In this document: positions 50,757-61,575 of the stretch, piece after piece
Layout of the letters: each line of letters begins with the position of its first letter
Position numbering within the stretch: position 1 is the first letter of the stretch
From: Takakia lepidozioides
Lineage: Eukaryota > Plantae > Bryophyta
Length of the DNA: 64,000 nucleotides
Direction: 5' to 3'
Assembly: GCA_030704615.1 (NCBI GenBank)
Contig: CM060732.1
Location: 68,324,001 to 68,388,000, forward strand
Translations under genes and position numbers: made by a program
Notes under the pieces: generated by a model
Databases searched by the model: none
Told to the model about the DNA's origin: nothing
The model's input: only the letters and a program-made list of their open reading frames with translations

Positions 50757-53732
50757 TGCATCTTTCTTCAGAAGCTTGCTCAATGGTGCTGCTATCTGTG
50801 CATACCTTTTGACAAATCTTCTGTAATAACTGGTTTGTCCAAGGAATCTCCTTAGACTCTTAACATTTACTGGTGGTGGTGAGGCTTTAATGGCCTCTGT
50901 CTTCCTGGGATCCACAAGAAGTCCCCTCTTACACACAATGTGTCCCAGAAGCACCCCTGAGTTCACACAGAAAGTACACTTCTCTGGATTCAGGCCCAGA
51001 CCTCTCATTCTGCATCTGGCCAAACATAACTCCAATTTATGCAAGTGCTCATTCTTAGAGCTGTACACACTGAAATCATCCAAGAACACCTGCATGAAAT
51101 CATCCAGATACTCATGAAAAGATTCACTTATCACTCTCTGAAAGGTTGCTGGTGCATTACAAAGTCCAAAAGGCATGACTTTGTATGCATAAGCACCCCA
51201 GTCTGTGATGAAAGTTGTCTTTCCCTGGTCTTCTTCTGCCACTTGCACTTATATTTAAACCACTGAAGCCATCCATGAATGAGTACATCTCATGGCCTAC
51301 CACAGTGTCAAATACCGCTTCTGTGAAGCAAAGGGAAATGATCTTTCTTCGTGCAAGCATTCAACTTCTTATAGTTCACACAAACTCTTAGATTACCATT
51401 CTTCTTGGGAACTATCACAATGGGTGACAACCAAGTTGTATACTCTATCGGGTATATAAACTTAGCCTAACTTCTTGATCTCTTATCCAACCTTCTGTGC
51501 ATAGTTGGGATTCATTCTGTACCTTGCCTGTTTGATTGGTACTGACCCTGGTTCCAATTCAATCTTATGCTGATAGATCTCAGGTGGTATCCCTTTTAGA
51601 TCCTCGTAGCTCCAAGCAAATACATCTCTGTATTTGATGAACAAACTCTTAGCTTCCTCAAAGAACTCTGGCTCCAAATCAGCCCCTACCTTCACCATCC
51701 TCGGTTCCTCTCAGTTCCCACATTCACTTCTCTCACCTGCTCATCAGCTGTGATTGTCCAACCAGTCACCACTTCATCCTGTAAACTCATAGTGACTGGT
51801 TCCTCTAGGATTTCCATTTCTCCTTCTCTTTCTTCATAAAAATGTGGTGGGTAACTGCTTATTTCACCTTCAATTGGTATTGCTGTCACTACACCACAGC
51901 AGATACCTTTTAAACAACTTAGGCCTTCCAGCTGCATCTCTGCAACTTGCTCCCACTCTGGGTGTGTAGCGAATAGAGTAGCTTCCTGCTCCTCATCCAA
52001 TCCTCCCCTCCAGTCATACTCCCTGACCCTCGAGGTCTTCTCGTAGCAGGTAATCTACTAGATTTCTTAGTGGTAATTTGTATCTTGTGCATCCCATTAT
52101 GCACAGTTAGTAACTGAGAATTCCAGTCATGGAATACCCTGGCCTGTTTCAGCCACGGACGTCCCAATAATAAGGAGTAAGCCTCCATGACTTCATCCAT
52201 CTTCAACACAGTTACTGTGATCATAAAGATCATCTTTTGTATCTGTATCTTAACTCCTCTTATCAATCCCAATGGCTGTACACTTCTTTGATCTGCCATT
52301 GTTACTGTAAATGGGGCTGGTTTCATGTTACTTAGACCAAGCTTCTGCCTTAATTGGTCTGTCATGATATTCACTCCAGAGCCTCCATCTATCAGTACAT
52401 CAGTTAGTTCTGTGCTTCCAATTCTCAATTGGATTACTGACATAGAATCATCAAAGTCCATGACTGCTTCTCGCCCTTCCGGCTTCACATTATAACTGGT
52501 CACCTTGCTGTTCAGGTCTGTGTTTTTTGTCACATGGGCAGTTATTCCCAGCTCCAGTTGCACTACTTCCCACACTCCATGTCCCCCCAGAGCCAGATCC
52601 AGGCTGCCCGCCTGATCCCCCTGAGCCGACACCTTCGTTGGCCTGTGATCCAAGTGCTCCACTTGATCCAAGTCCAACGGGTTGGGATGTCCTGGTTGTA
52701 GTCTCAACCTCAGCTGTTGAGTCTACTTCTTCATACTCTTCCTCTTCCAATTTCTTCTCTCTATTTTCATCCTCCAAGTTCTGCCCTTGGGTTTCTTCTT
52801 CACTCATGTAACTCAAGTGCAATGGTGTTGGAGAGTTTGAACTCTCCGTTGGCTCTGCCACATCCTCTCCTCCTTCTTCACCTTCCGTTTCAGAAACTGG
52901 AGTTCCTGCTTTTGGTGTTCCATGCCAACTCTTATCAAAGATTTCTGTCAAATCTTTTATCCAGGGATGTACCTCAGATCTTTCACCTCGTGATTGATCT
53001 TCTTCCCGTACCAATTCCCTTAATCTTTCTTGCAAAGAAAAAAAAGGACTGGCATCCAACTCTAGTTCTTCCGGTATGGGTGATGTATTCTCTGATCTTA
53101 ATGGTGTGAGAGGTCCAGATGATTCCCCTATGTCTATTCCTCTCTCCCAAAGATATGGATAATTAGCTTTCAGATAACTTTCTCTTTTTACTGAATATCT
53201 CTGGAGTCTAGCTTCTCTTTCATCACTCATGTCCCATGTCTTTCATTTCTTTAATGTGGCAGTAACCAAAACTCTCTTCTGTAGTATCTCTCGTATATGC
53301 CTGGGTTTCTATCAAGCTTCAATGCACCCTTGGCTATATTAGAAGTCTCCATTACCATATAACCATATGGCAAACAAGTCTGGAAAGCTGTTCTTGGTGT
53401 GAGTTTGATCCACATAATATCCTTTGGAATCCAATTCTTTACCAGTACAAGCTCTTCATGCATATGAGTATAAACATTCACCTTCCTTTCCTCCCAGCCT
53501 TCAAACTCTACTCGCTTAATGGATAGCAATGCTATCACATAAACCAGTGTTGGTAACCAACGTGCTCTTCCTCTACAGGCCACCTGATAAATCTTTATCA
53601 CTCCCTTCTCCAGACCCCACTCAGGGTCGGCATCATGCACTCTTTTAAGAATGTTTTCTTTACAACTGTCTGGCAATTCCAAGAACCTCTGAAAGAATCG
53701 TTTGGACAATCTTTCCTTCTCAGTTTCACAGG
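50757..53732 (-). mobile_element. Element A 5' ORF / gag remnant / protease / RT (secondarily inverted block)
   Basis: VLIDGGSGVNIM..LLLGRPWL (protease); FAWSYEDLKGIPPEIYQHKI; KTTFITDWG..MPFGLCNAPATFQR..FLDDF; FLGQTSYYRRF..LLKKDA. Confidence 0.9.
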
Positions 53733-54063
53733 AAATTTGCATGGACAGCTGAATGTCAACAGGCTGTTGAGGAACTTACATTGTCAGTAACAACTACACC
53801 TGTGCTGATTAACCCTCACTGGCATGTAGTATTTCATGTTCACTGTGATGCCTCAGGAGAAGCGTTGGGAGCGGTGTTAGCCCAAAATGTTACAGAAAAT
53901 ATAGATTCACCTGTGTACTATGCTAGCAGGTTGATGAACAGTGCTGAAAACTATCTAGCACAACTGAAAGAGAAGCACTGGCAATGATTTATGCAATCAA
54001 GAAATTCAGACATTACCTATTGGGAAGAAAGTTTATGTTTTATGTGGATCACCAGGCTCTGAT
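53733..54063 (+). mobile_element. Element A RNase H N-terminal part
   Basis: KFAWTAECQQA..FHVHCDASGEALGAVLAQ..YYASR..KFRHYLLGRKF.FYVDHQALI, interrupted by element B and resuming at 44838 on the minus strand. Confidence 0.9.
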
Positions 54064-54788
54064 TGTCGCGCACCTCACTTCGGTAAGCTCCCCTTCAAGT
54101 CATAGTTACTTGCTTTGATGCGCGCACCTGACTCCCAACCTGGCCGCCGGGCCAACTTGGAGCTTCGGTTGCTCACCGGGACATAACGGTCCCCCTTCGC
54201 TCTCCCACTAAACCCTCCACCTATTTGGGCCTAGTGGAATTCCCTTTGGTAGATGGTCCGGAACAGCTCCCCACTCTTTGGTCGCTTACCGGCTTGCTCG
54301 CTTACTCATTAGTTTTTGGTCACCAACGGACTTGCACCGTTCTCGGGGTCACTACTCCCCTTATATATACTTCTGTAGCTGTCTGCGGGGGTTTCACAAC
54401 CAGCCATGCCATTTTATGGCGAACCACCACGAAAACCCTCGACTCCCGGTGATGAGTCGCAGTGAGTCTTGGCCCACTCACCACGGCCCCTATGGACCGT
54501 GATGAGTCCCAAGACTCCCCACGACACCCACCACGAGGTCTCCGCCCCTATGGTGAGTCCTATGCCACCCCCACTAAGTCCCGCTATGCTACCACCACCC
54601 CTTGTGGAGCCACCCCCACCGCAACCCGGTGTGCGGGGCTCCACCTAGTGAGCGCCTCCGCCTCCTTGAGTGCCTTGGGCACTCAAGGGTGCTTCAGCTC
54701 CCCATACCTATCTTTGCCGCTGCCCCCACCACAGGGGCAGCCCATCATGTGTCTCGACCCCCTGCCCTCAAGGCAAAGGGCCGCGACA
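54064..54788 (-). mobile_element. 3' LTR of chromovirus element B
   Basis: Matches 44839-45557; purine-rich GGTAGGGGTGTG lies immediately upstream on the minus strand. Confidence 0.95.
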
Positions 54789-55693
54789 CACACCCCTACC
54801 AACAGGGAGTCGATGTCCTCATCGACTTGTCCATTTTGTAGAAACGAACATCCAAGTTGTGGCGTCCCACATCAAGGAGTTTGTTTCCGCACCATGGCGT
54901 CCCATGGCAAAGAACCAAACCCCACACTTGACTCTACTCTCCACTAGCTAGTTCGGCCGACTTCTTCCAAGTCCCGCCCAAGGGTGGAGCCTCTCCAGCT
55001 CCTCCCAGTGCACTCTTCTTGGCCTACTTCAAGGCCAAGGAATGATCCTCCCCGAGGATCGAATCGCCTTACTGCAACAACATTGCTTGCGACCGCTCAT
55101 GATGCCACTTTTGGCATCACCTTGAGCAAGGGTTCACCTGGAACCCTCTTTGACTAGGAAGATAACCTTGAACCAACCGTGCGCCCCAATCACTACAATT
55201 GGGTCCGCCTTGGAATGCTGGCCTGAGGTACGGGAACACGCCGAAACCGCACTACGACTTCGTCCCGAGGCTACACAATTATAGTACGTGAACGGAAGCA
55301 CGTGGCTTCCGTGTTAGCCCGCACTACAAGGCAACCCCCTCGGTAGCGTAGTTATAGTACGCACACGCGCCAGGTGCGCACTAGCACGTGAACTCCCAAA
55401 GAAGGCGCAAGTTTCCTTGCCCCTCGGATGGGGGTCACCCGATTTCGGCACTACGCAAACACATGATTAAACCAATTTACCTCTCCCACTTTTATAAGCT
55501 AGCATGCATTCTACACACTAGCCAACCATACCACGCATCACCATTCCAAACAAAATAGGACGCACAACATTTGGAAGCCATTTCATTTATAGCACGTTTT
55601 GTACAATATAAGCTTTTGCAATCGGATTCCTAAGCTAGCTAAGCCGGGCTAAGCATGCATTTCCTCCCCCACGCTCCAAGGTTGATGTCCCCA

Positions 55694-58461
55694 TCAACGC
55701 TTCTTCCGCTTTTGAGGTCGCCCTTCGAAAGCTGCAACCGCCTCGGATGCGTTTCCCATTTCTGAGGCACGCACCCAAGATGCCTCCACATGATGATAGC
55801 CCTTCCATTTGACGAGATATTCCGTTTCTCGGTTCTTGAACCTCCTCGACTTAAGTATTGCCTCCACCTCGTACTCAGGTTCATTTTCATGATCCAACAG
55901 CATAGGTGGCGGACGCAACACTTGATGCCGATTCGGACGCGCTTTATCTTTGAAGTAAGGCTTCAAAAGGGAGACATGGAATATTGGGTGCACCTTGCTG
56001 TTTGCCGGCAACTCCAATTCATACACATCCTCATTCATAACCTTCCGAATGCGAAAGGGTCCCGCATACGGAGGTACGAACTTCGGACTCACTTCCGGAG
56101 GTAGTCGGAAATTCTTGATGTTCAACCAGACCTCCGTGCCTACCTCAAACTTCACTTCCATCCGCTTCCGATTCGCCTGCCTTTCATACCGTTTCCTAGC
56201 TTTGGCAATGTTGTACTTTGCGAGCTTCAACAAACGCTCGCGTTCTTCCAGTACCGCCGTTACTGCCGGTTCCTCAACGTCCTGGGCGGCCCAACTTGTT
56301 GGCACCAGAGGTGCTTTTCCATAGACCAATACGAAAGGGGAAACTCCCGTTGCGGAGTGTTCTGTGTTATTATAACAGAACTCTGCCGCGTCTAAGTGTT
56401 CCACCCAGTCTGTTTGGTCTGCCGACACGTAATTCCGCAAGATCTGCTTCACTACGGAATTCACTCTTTCTGTTTGGCCGTCGGTCGTAGGTCGGAAGGC
56501 GGTGCTCATCTTCAGCCTCATCCCCATCTTCTTCCAAAGTGTCCTCCAAAATTTACTCGTAAACTTTGGATCGCGGTCCGAGACAATATCCTTCGGGACT
56601 CCATGATGCTTTAAGACGTGGGCAAAGTAAAGTCGCCCTGTCTCCTGCGCCGTTGCCGTCTCTTTGGTGGGGATGAAATGGCCCATTTTACTGAACCTAT
56701 CCACCACCACCATGATTGCATCGAATCCTTTTGACAGCGGCATAGCAGTCATGAAATCCATCGAGACGCTTTCCCAAGTCCCCTCTGGAATCGGCAAGGG
56801 TTGTAACAGCCCCGCTTGCTTTTTGTACTCGCTCCGGTTTTGTTGGCATGTGGTGCATGTCTTGACATACTCCTCTGCCTCCTCCCTCAGTTTGGGCCAG
56901 AAATACTCTTTCTTCAAGAGTGCCGCAGTGCGCTTGGCTCCGCCGTGGCCTGCAAGCGGGCTATCATGGCATTATCTCAAGAGGCTATCTCTGATCCCTC
57001 CTTTCGGCACGTAGAGACGCTTTTGCTTATACCGGAGCAGTCCATTTTGCAAGTGGAACTGCGATTTAACCGCCATCCTCAAGTCCTGCATCACGGACTT
57101 CGCCAGCTCATCCTTCCGGCAAGCCTTCCGGATCTTCCTTTGGAGCGCTGTCTCGCCCTTGTACACCAACAAGAGTTGCTGCTTTCTACTTAGAGCATCG
57201 GCCACCACGTTGTCTCGTCCCGGTTTGTACTGGATATCCACGTCGAACACCGCCAAAGTATCTTGCCACCTAAGTTGTTTTGGGAACAACTTGGGCTGCG
57301 TGGCAAAATACTTCACCATGACATTGTCTGTGAACACCTTCACCGGGTTGGAACCAACATAGTGGCACCAAAGCTCAAGACAGTGCACCACCGCCTTCAT
57401 CTCTTTCTCGTGCGTCGGCCACCGTCGCTCCACTTCATTCAGTTTCTTACTTTCGTAAGCCACTGGACGTCCATCTTGCATCAGTATACCCCCAATCGCG
57501 AAGTCCGATGCATCTGTATGTATCTCGAACGGACGATCGAACTCCCGGATTTTCAAGACTGGAGCTTCTGCCATCAGCTACTTCAATTCAGCAAAAGCTT
57601 GGCCACAAAAGGTGTTCCATGCCCAGACTTTAGATTTACACAGAAGGTCTGACAACGGTCCCGCAATCTTGGCGAAATTTTTCACATACTTCCGGTAATA
57701 GGAGGCGAGTCCTAGGAAGGATCGCACTCCCGGGACCGAAGTCGGAGGCTCCCAGTCCAAGATGGCCCTCACCTTCCTGTCATCCATTCTGATCCCATCA
57801 TGTGTAATCACATGCCCCAGGAACTCCACTTTTGTGACCCCGAATTCGCACTTTGAAGCTTTGGCATACAGCTTCCCTTCCCGCAATTTCTGGAACACCC
57901 TTTTGAGATGCTCCAGGTGCTCCTCCTTTGTTTTCGAATACACCAAGATGTCGTCGATGTACACGATCACAAAGTCATCCAACCACTCCTGGAGAAGGCT
58001 GTTCATCAGCGTGCTAAATGTCGCTGGTGCATTGGTGAGCCCTAAAGGCATCACCAAGAACTCATATGAACCATACCTTGTCCTGCACGCGGTCTTCTCC
58101 TCATCTCCTTCCGCCACTCGAATTTGATGATAGCCGGAGCGCAGATCGATCGGCTGAAATACTTCGCTCCTGCCAACCGATCGAAAAGGTCGTCGATCCT
58201 TGGCAAAGGGTACCGGTTTTTGATAGTCACCTTATTCAGAGCCCTGTAATCGACACACATCCGCAGCGTCCCATCCTTCTTGTCTGCAAATAGCACCGGG
58301 GCTCCGTAGGGTGACTTACTCGGCCGGATGTACCCCTTTGACATTAGATCCTTGAACTGGGTCTTCAGCTCAACCAACTCTCTATGGCTCAACCGGTAGG
58401 GCGCCTTGGCAGGCGGTTCCGATCCCGGTATCACCTCAATCTTGTGGTCAACTCCTCTTGG
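55694..58461 (-). mobile_element. Element B pol: RT, RNase H, integrase, chromodomain (stops and frameshifts)
   Basis: [28 protein letters not shown]; YIDDILVYS; HTDASDFAIG; SMDF, VSDRDPKF, DGQTERVN, GPF; chromodomain YEVEAILKSR..YLVKWKGY..SW. Confidence 0.95.
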
Positions 58462-59260
58462 TCTGTAGTGGAAACCACAAAGAGGATAGTAAATGTGTTG
58501 GAAAGGATAACGAGAGTCCAGTAATTGGAGGAGGGGCTTGAGGGTCCCGCCAAGAGAATGTCCATCCAAGGGGGTGGGATGCTTTGGAATCGTAACTGTG
58601 GTTCGCTCTGATTTTTCCGACTATGGAAGTGGCTGTGTCTTTGGAGAGCAGGCTACCCTGTTTCCAAATGTCTCCTACTTTACTGATCCCCTTGGAGTCC
58701 CAGCCTGCCCATTTTTTGGCCTGCTGCCTTTGGATTGGGGTGGTGACGTTAGAGTTCAGAAATAGTGATTGTCTGAGGGTTTGGAAGTAAGATGTGGGCT
58801 CCACTTTTGCTAGAAATGGTCTCAGTTGTGAACAAGCTTGCCAGATGGCTGTCCATAAAGGGGATCCAATGTTTAAACCCGTTGACTATCCATCTGTAGG
58901 ATGGTTGCCATGAGACAGATTTGAGGGGGGATGCCATGACTATGCTGTCTGCAACTAAGAATTTCCACCATCCCCCCTCAGGGCCTAAGAATCTCGGGAT
59001 CCATTTGCCCAAAAGGGTAGTGATCTATTTGTCCAAATCAATGATACCAAGACCCCCTTTCTTTTTGGGGAGACATATCTGTTTCCACGAGACCTGCGGG
59101 CGTTTTTTTTCATTATGGTTGGGTGCCCCCCATATGTAGTTCTTCAATAGTTTTTTTGCTTCTTTGATGTTGGATGAGGCAGGTCGCCAAGATGTAGCAA
59201 AGAACCACAGACCTGATGACAGGATCTGGTTGGTTGACAAGGCCTTGCCTGTAATGGATA
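58462..59260 (-). mobile_element. L1/Tx1-like LINE copy 2, upstream ORF2 part (post-RT)
   Basis: ISITGKALSTNQILSSGLWFF..NYIWG..VSWKQICLPKKKGGLGIIDL..GKWIPRFL; joins 46928 in frame (FHYR|SFPR). Confidence 0.9.
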
Positions 59261-60259
59261 TGTCAAGTTATTTTACCACTAGTGTGAAACTAGCTAGGAA
59301 ATAGCTAGCTGTTACATATTGACATTTGGGATTGGCCCAAGTGTCAATCCAGGGTCAAGGCAGATTTAGGCCCTGGAGTGGTTATCTTCACGGCAAGCGC
59401 GGGAGGCTCATCTTTCTCGAGTTGAGCCTCACCGCGCCTAGCTATGGCGTCGTAGTGTGGATTCCCCATGGCGTGGGGTGCACTTGGCTTGACTTGTATT
59501 TGAGTGATGAGGTTATATATGCATGAGTTTATGCTTCAGCTTTGTGAGCTCGTGCTTGTATTCTTCTTCTTTATCACTCGAGAAAGATGAGCTCGTATCT
59601 GTAAGTGCCAGATACGAGTTAGTTGTAGCACTTGTGGTTTTTGCTTGAGAATGAGAGAAACCAGGTTGTTATGCAAGGAGCACCGTTGAGCTCTTGGTTG
59701 TTAGAAGCGGAGGCGATGTGGGTTACGAGGTGGTAGACCTTGGCATTCGATCTTCAGCTTCAGAGATGAAAGCACCATGCTGCAGGTAATTCCATAGCAC
59801 CTTGATGGTTTCAGATTGTGTACATGCATGAGCAAGCACAATTGGGAAGAGGACCAGTCAAGAGTAGGTTATAGTGGCTTTGGTGGCAAAACTGAGAACT
59901 GGACTTGGGAATGCGAGCTTTCATTGTGTGAAGGATTGCAAGACCAAGCGAAAGGGCTGATTTGGCTTGGGGCAAATCAGTGCACTTTGTGGAGTATGTT
60001 GATATTGGGTTTCAATCTCGAGCTTCAGCATTGAGAGGGCTCTTGTCATGGCAAGAGCAGGGCTGGAACTGGAGCTAAGAGGTGCGACAAGGCCATGGAA
60101 TGTGCATCTAGGGTTTCAGAGCTTGGAAGAAGAGCTCTTGCACCACAAGAGGAGTGTCTTGTGGCTGGAAATGTAAGCCTTAGGGTTTCAGGAGCTTGGC
60201 AAAGGCTGTGGAGTGCTTAGTCTTGTCTTAGAGAGCATCAAGGAACCAAGGAGCTAAGA

Positions 60260-60740
60260 TAGGGGGCTGATACCTCTTGTGTGAAGGGGCTGCATGTGTG
60301 GAGCATGTATTCAGCTCATTGAAGCTTCCATCTTCAAGCTTGGAGGGCAAGCAAGGAAGAGTGAAGGGCTGACTTCCCTTATGTGAGGGCAATGCATGTG
60401 TGGAGCATGCTTTCAGCCTGTTGAAGGCTTGTACTTTCAGGTTTGGGAGTGCAAGAAAGGAAGGAAGGGGCTGGTTTCCCTATAGGGCATGTGCGGAGCA
60501 TGCTTTCAGCCCGCTGAAGCTTGTATTTTCAGGTTTGTGGGTGCAAGAAATGAAGCAAAGGAGCTGATTCTCTTATGGTGAGGTGGGGCATGTGTGGAGC
60601 ATGCCTTTAGCCCATTGAGGCTCTTATTTTCAAGCTTTAGAGAGCTAGAACGGAAGGGCTAGGGTTGGTTTCCACTTGGGGTGAAATAAAAGCACTTGTA
60701 GGGCATATTTGAGTTGGGGTTTCAACTTCAAGCTTGAAGG
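60260..60740. repeat. About 100-bp degenerate tandem repeat (4-5 copies)
   Basis: GCATGTG.GGAGCATG..TT.AGC..TGA.GCT recurs at about 60300, 60401, 60495 and 60596. Confidence 0.8.
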
Positions 60741-61129
60741 GAGCACAAGCTAGCAGAAGTAGCAGGTGCAGGGGCTGGATTAGGTGCGAAGGGCATGCTA
60801 TGGTCAAGAAAAGCACGTGAATGATTGCCTACAAGGGCTGGAAGTCAGCCATGTTTGGTTAGTCGCCATAGGGATCAATGGCGCTGTTTTGTGAGTTAAA
60901 ATGAAGCTTGTACACTTAGTTTTGGTTGCAAATATCTTCCTTTGGAATTAGAGCTACTATTGGTGGTGTGTGGGAGCCATAAAGAGCAAGAATACCTTGC
61001 TGATTTCCTCACAGCCGCCATAGCTCGGTGCAAAGAAGCCTAGAGTCCAAGAGACACAAACCCTAGCTTGGTGTGGCTAAACCCCTTGGAGAAATGGCTA
61101 AACTGCCATGAGTGGCCATGGATGGGGCT

Positions 61130-61575
61130 TTGACAGGCTGTGCCCTGGGCCCTGTGGGGCTGTGACGGGCTGTGATGGGTTGTGACGGGCTGTGGCGGGT
61201 TGTGCCCTGTGGCCTGTGGGCTGTGAGGGGCTGTGAGGGGCTATGATAGGCTGTGGCCTTCGGGGCTGTGACCCCTGTGACCTGTGTAAGGTTGTGACCT
61301 GTGGCTTTTGGGGTTGTGACAGGCTGTGACAGGCTGTGGCCTGTGGGGCTGTGACGGGCTGTGGCGGGCTGTGCCCTGTGGCCTGTGGGGCTGTGAGGGG
61401 CTGTGAGGGGCTGTGACAGGCTGTGGCCTGTGGGGCTGTGATCCTGTGACCTGTATAGGGCTGTGACAGGCTGTGACCTATGGCCTTTGGGGCTGTGACG
61501 GCTGTGACCAGTGATCTGTGTGGGCCTGTGCTGGTCTGTGGTGACCTGTGTTGACCTGTGGACGGCCTGTGCTGA
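61130..61575. repeat. CTGTG/GGGCTGTGAC tandem repeat
   Basis: Dense GGCTGTG units resembling those in the element A LTRs. Confidence 0.9.

Noticed and set aside
60260-60740. CRISPR-like repeat-spacer array
   Set aside because: Whole units are degenerate copies with no unique spacers, there are no cas genes, and the context is eukaryotic.
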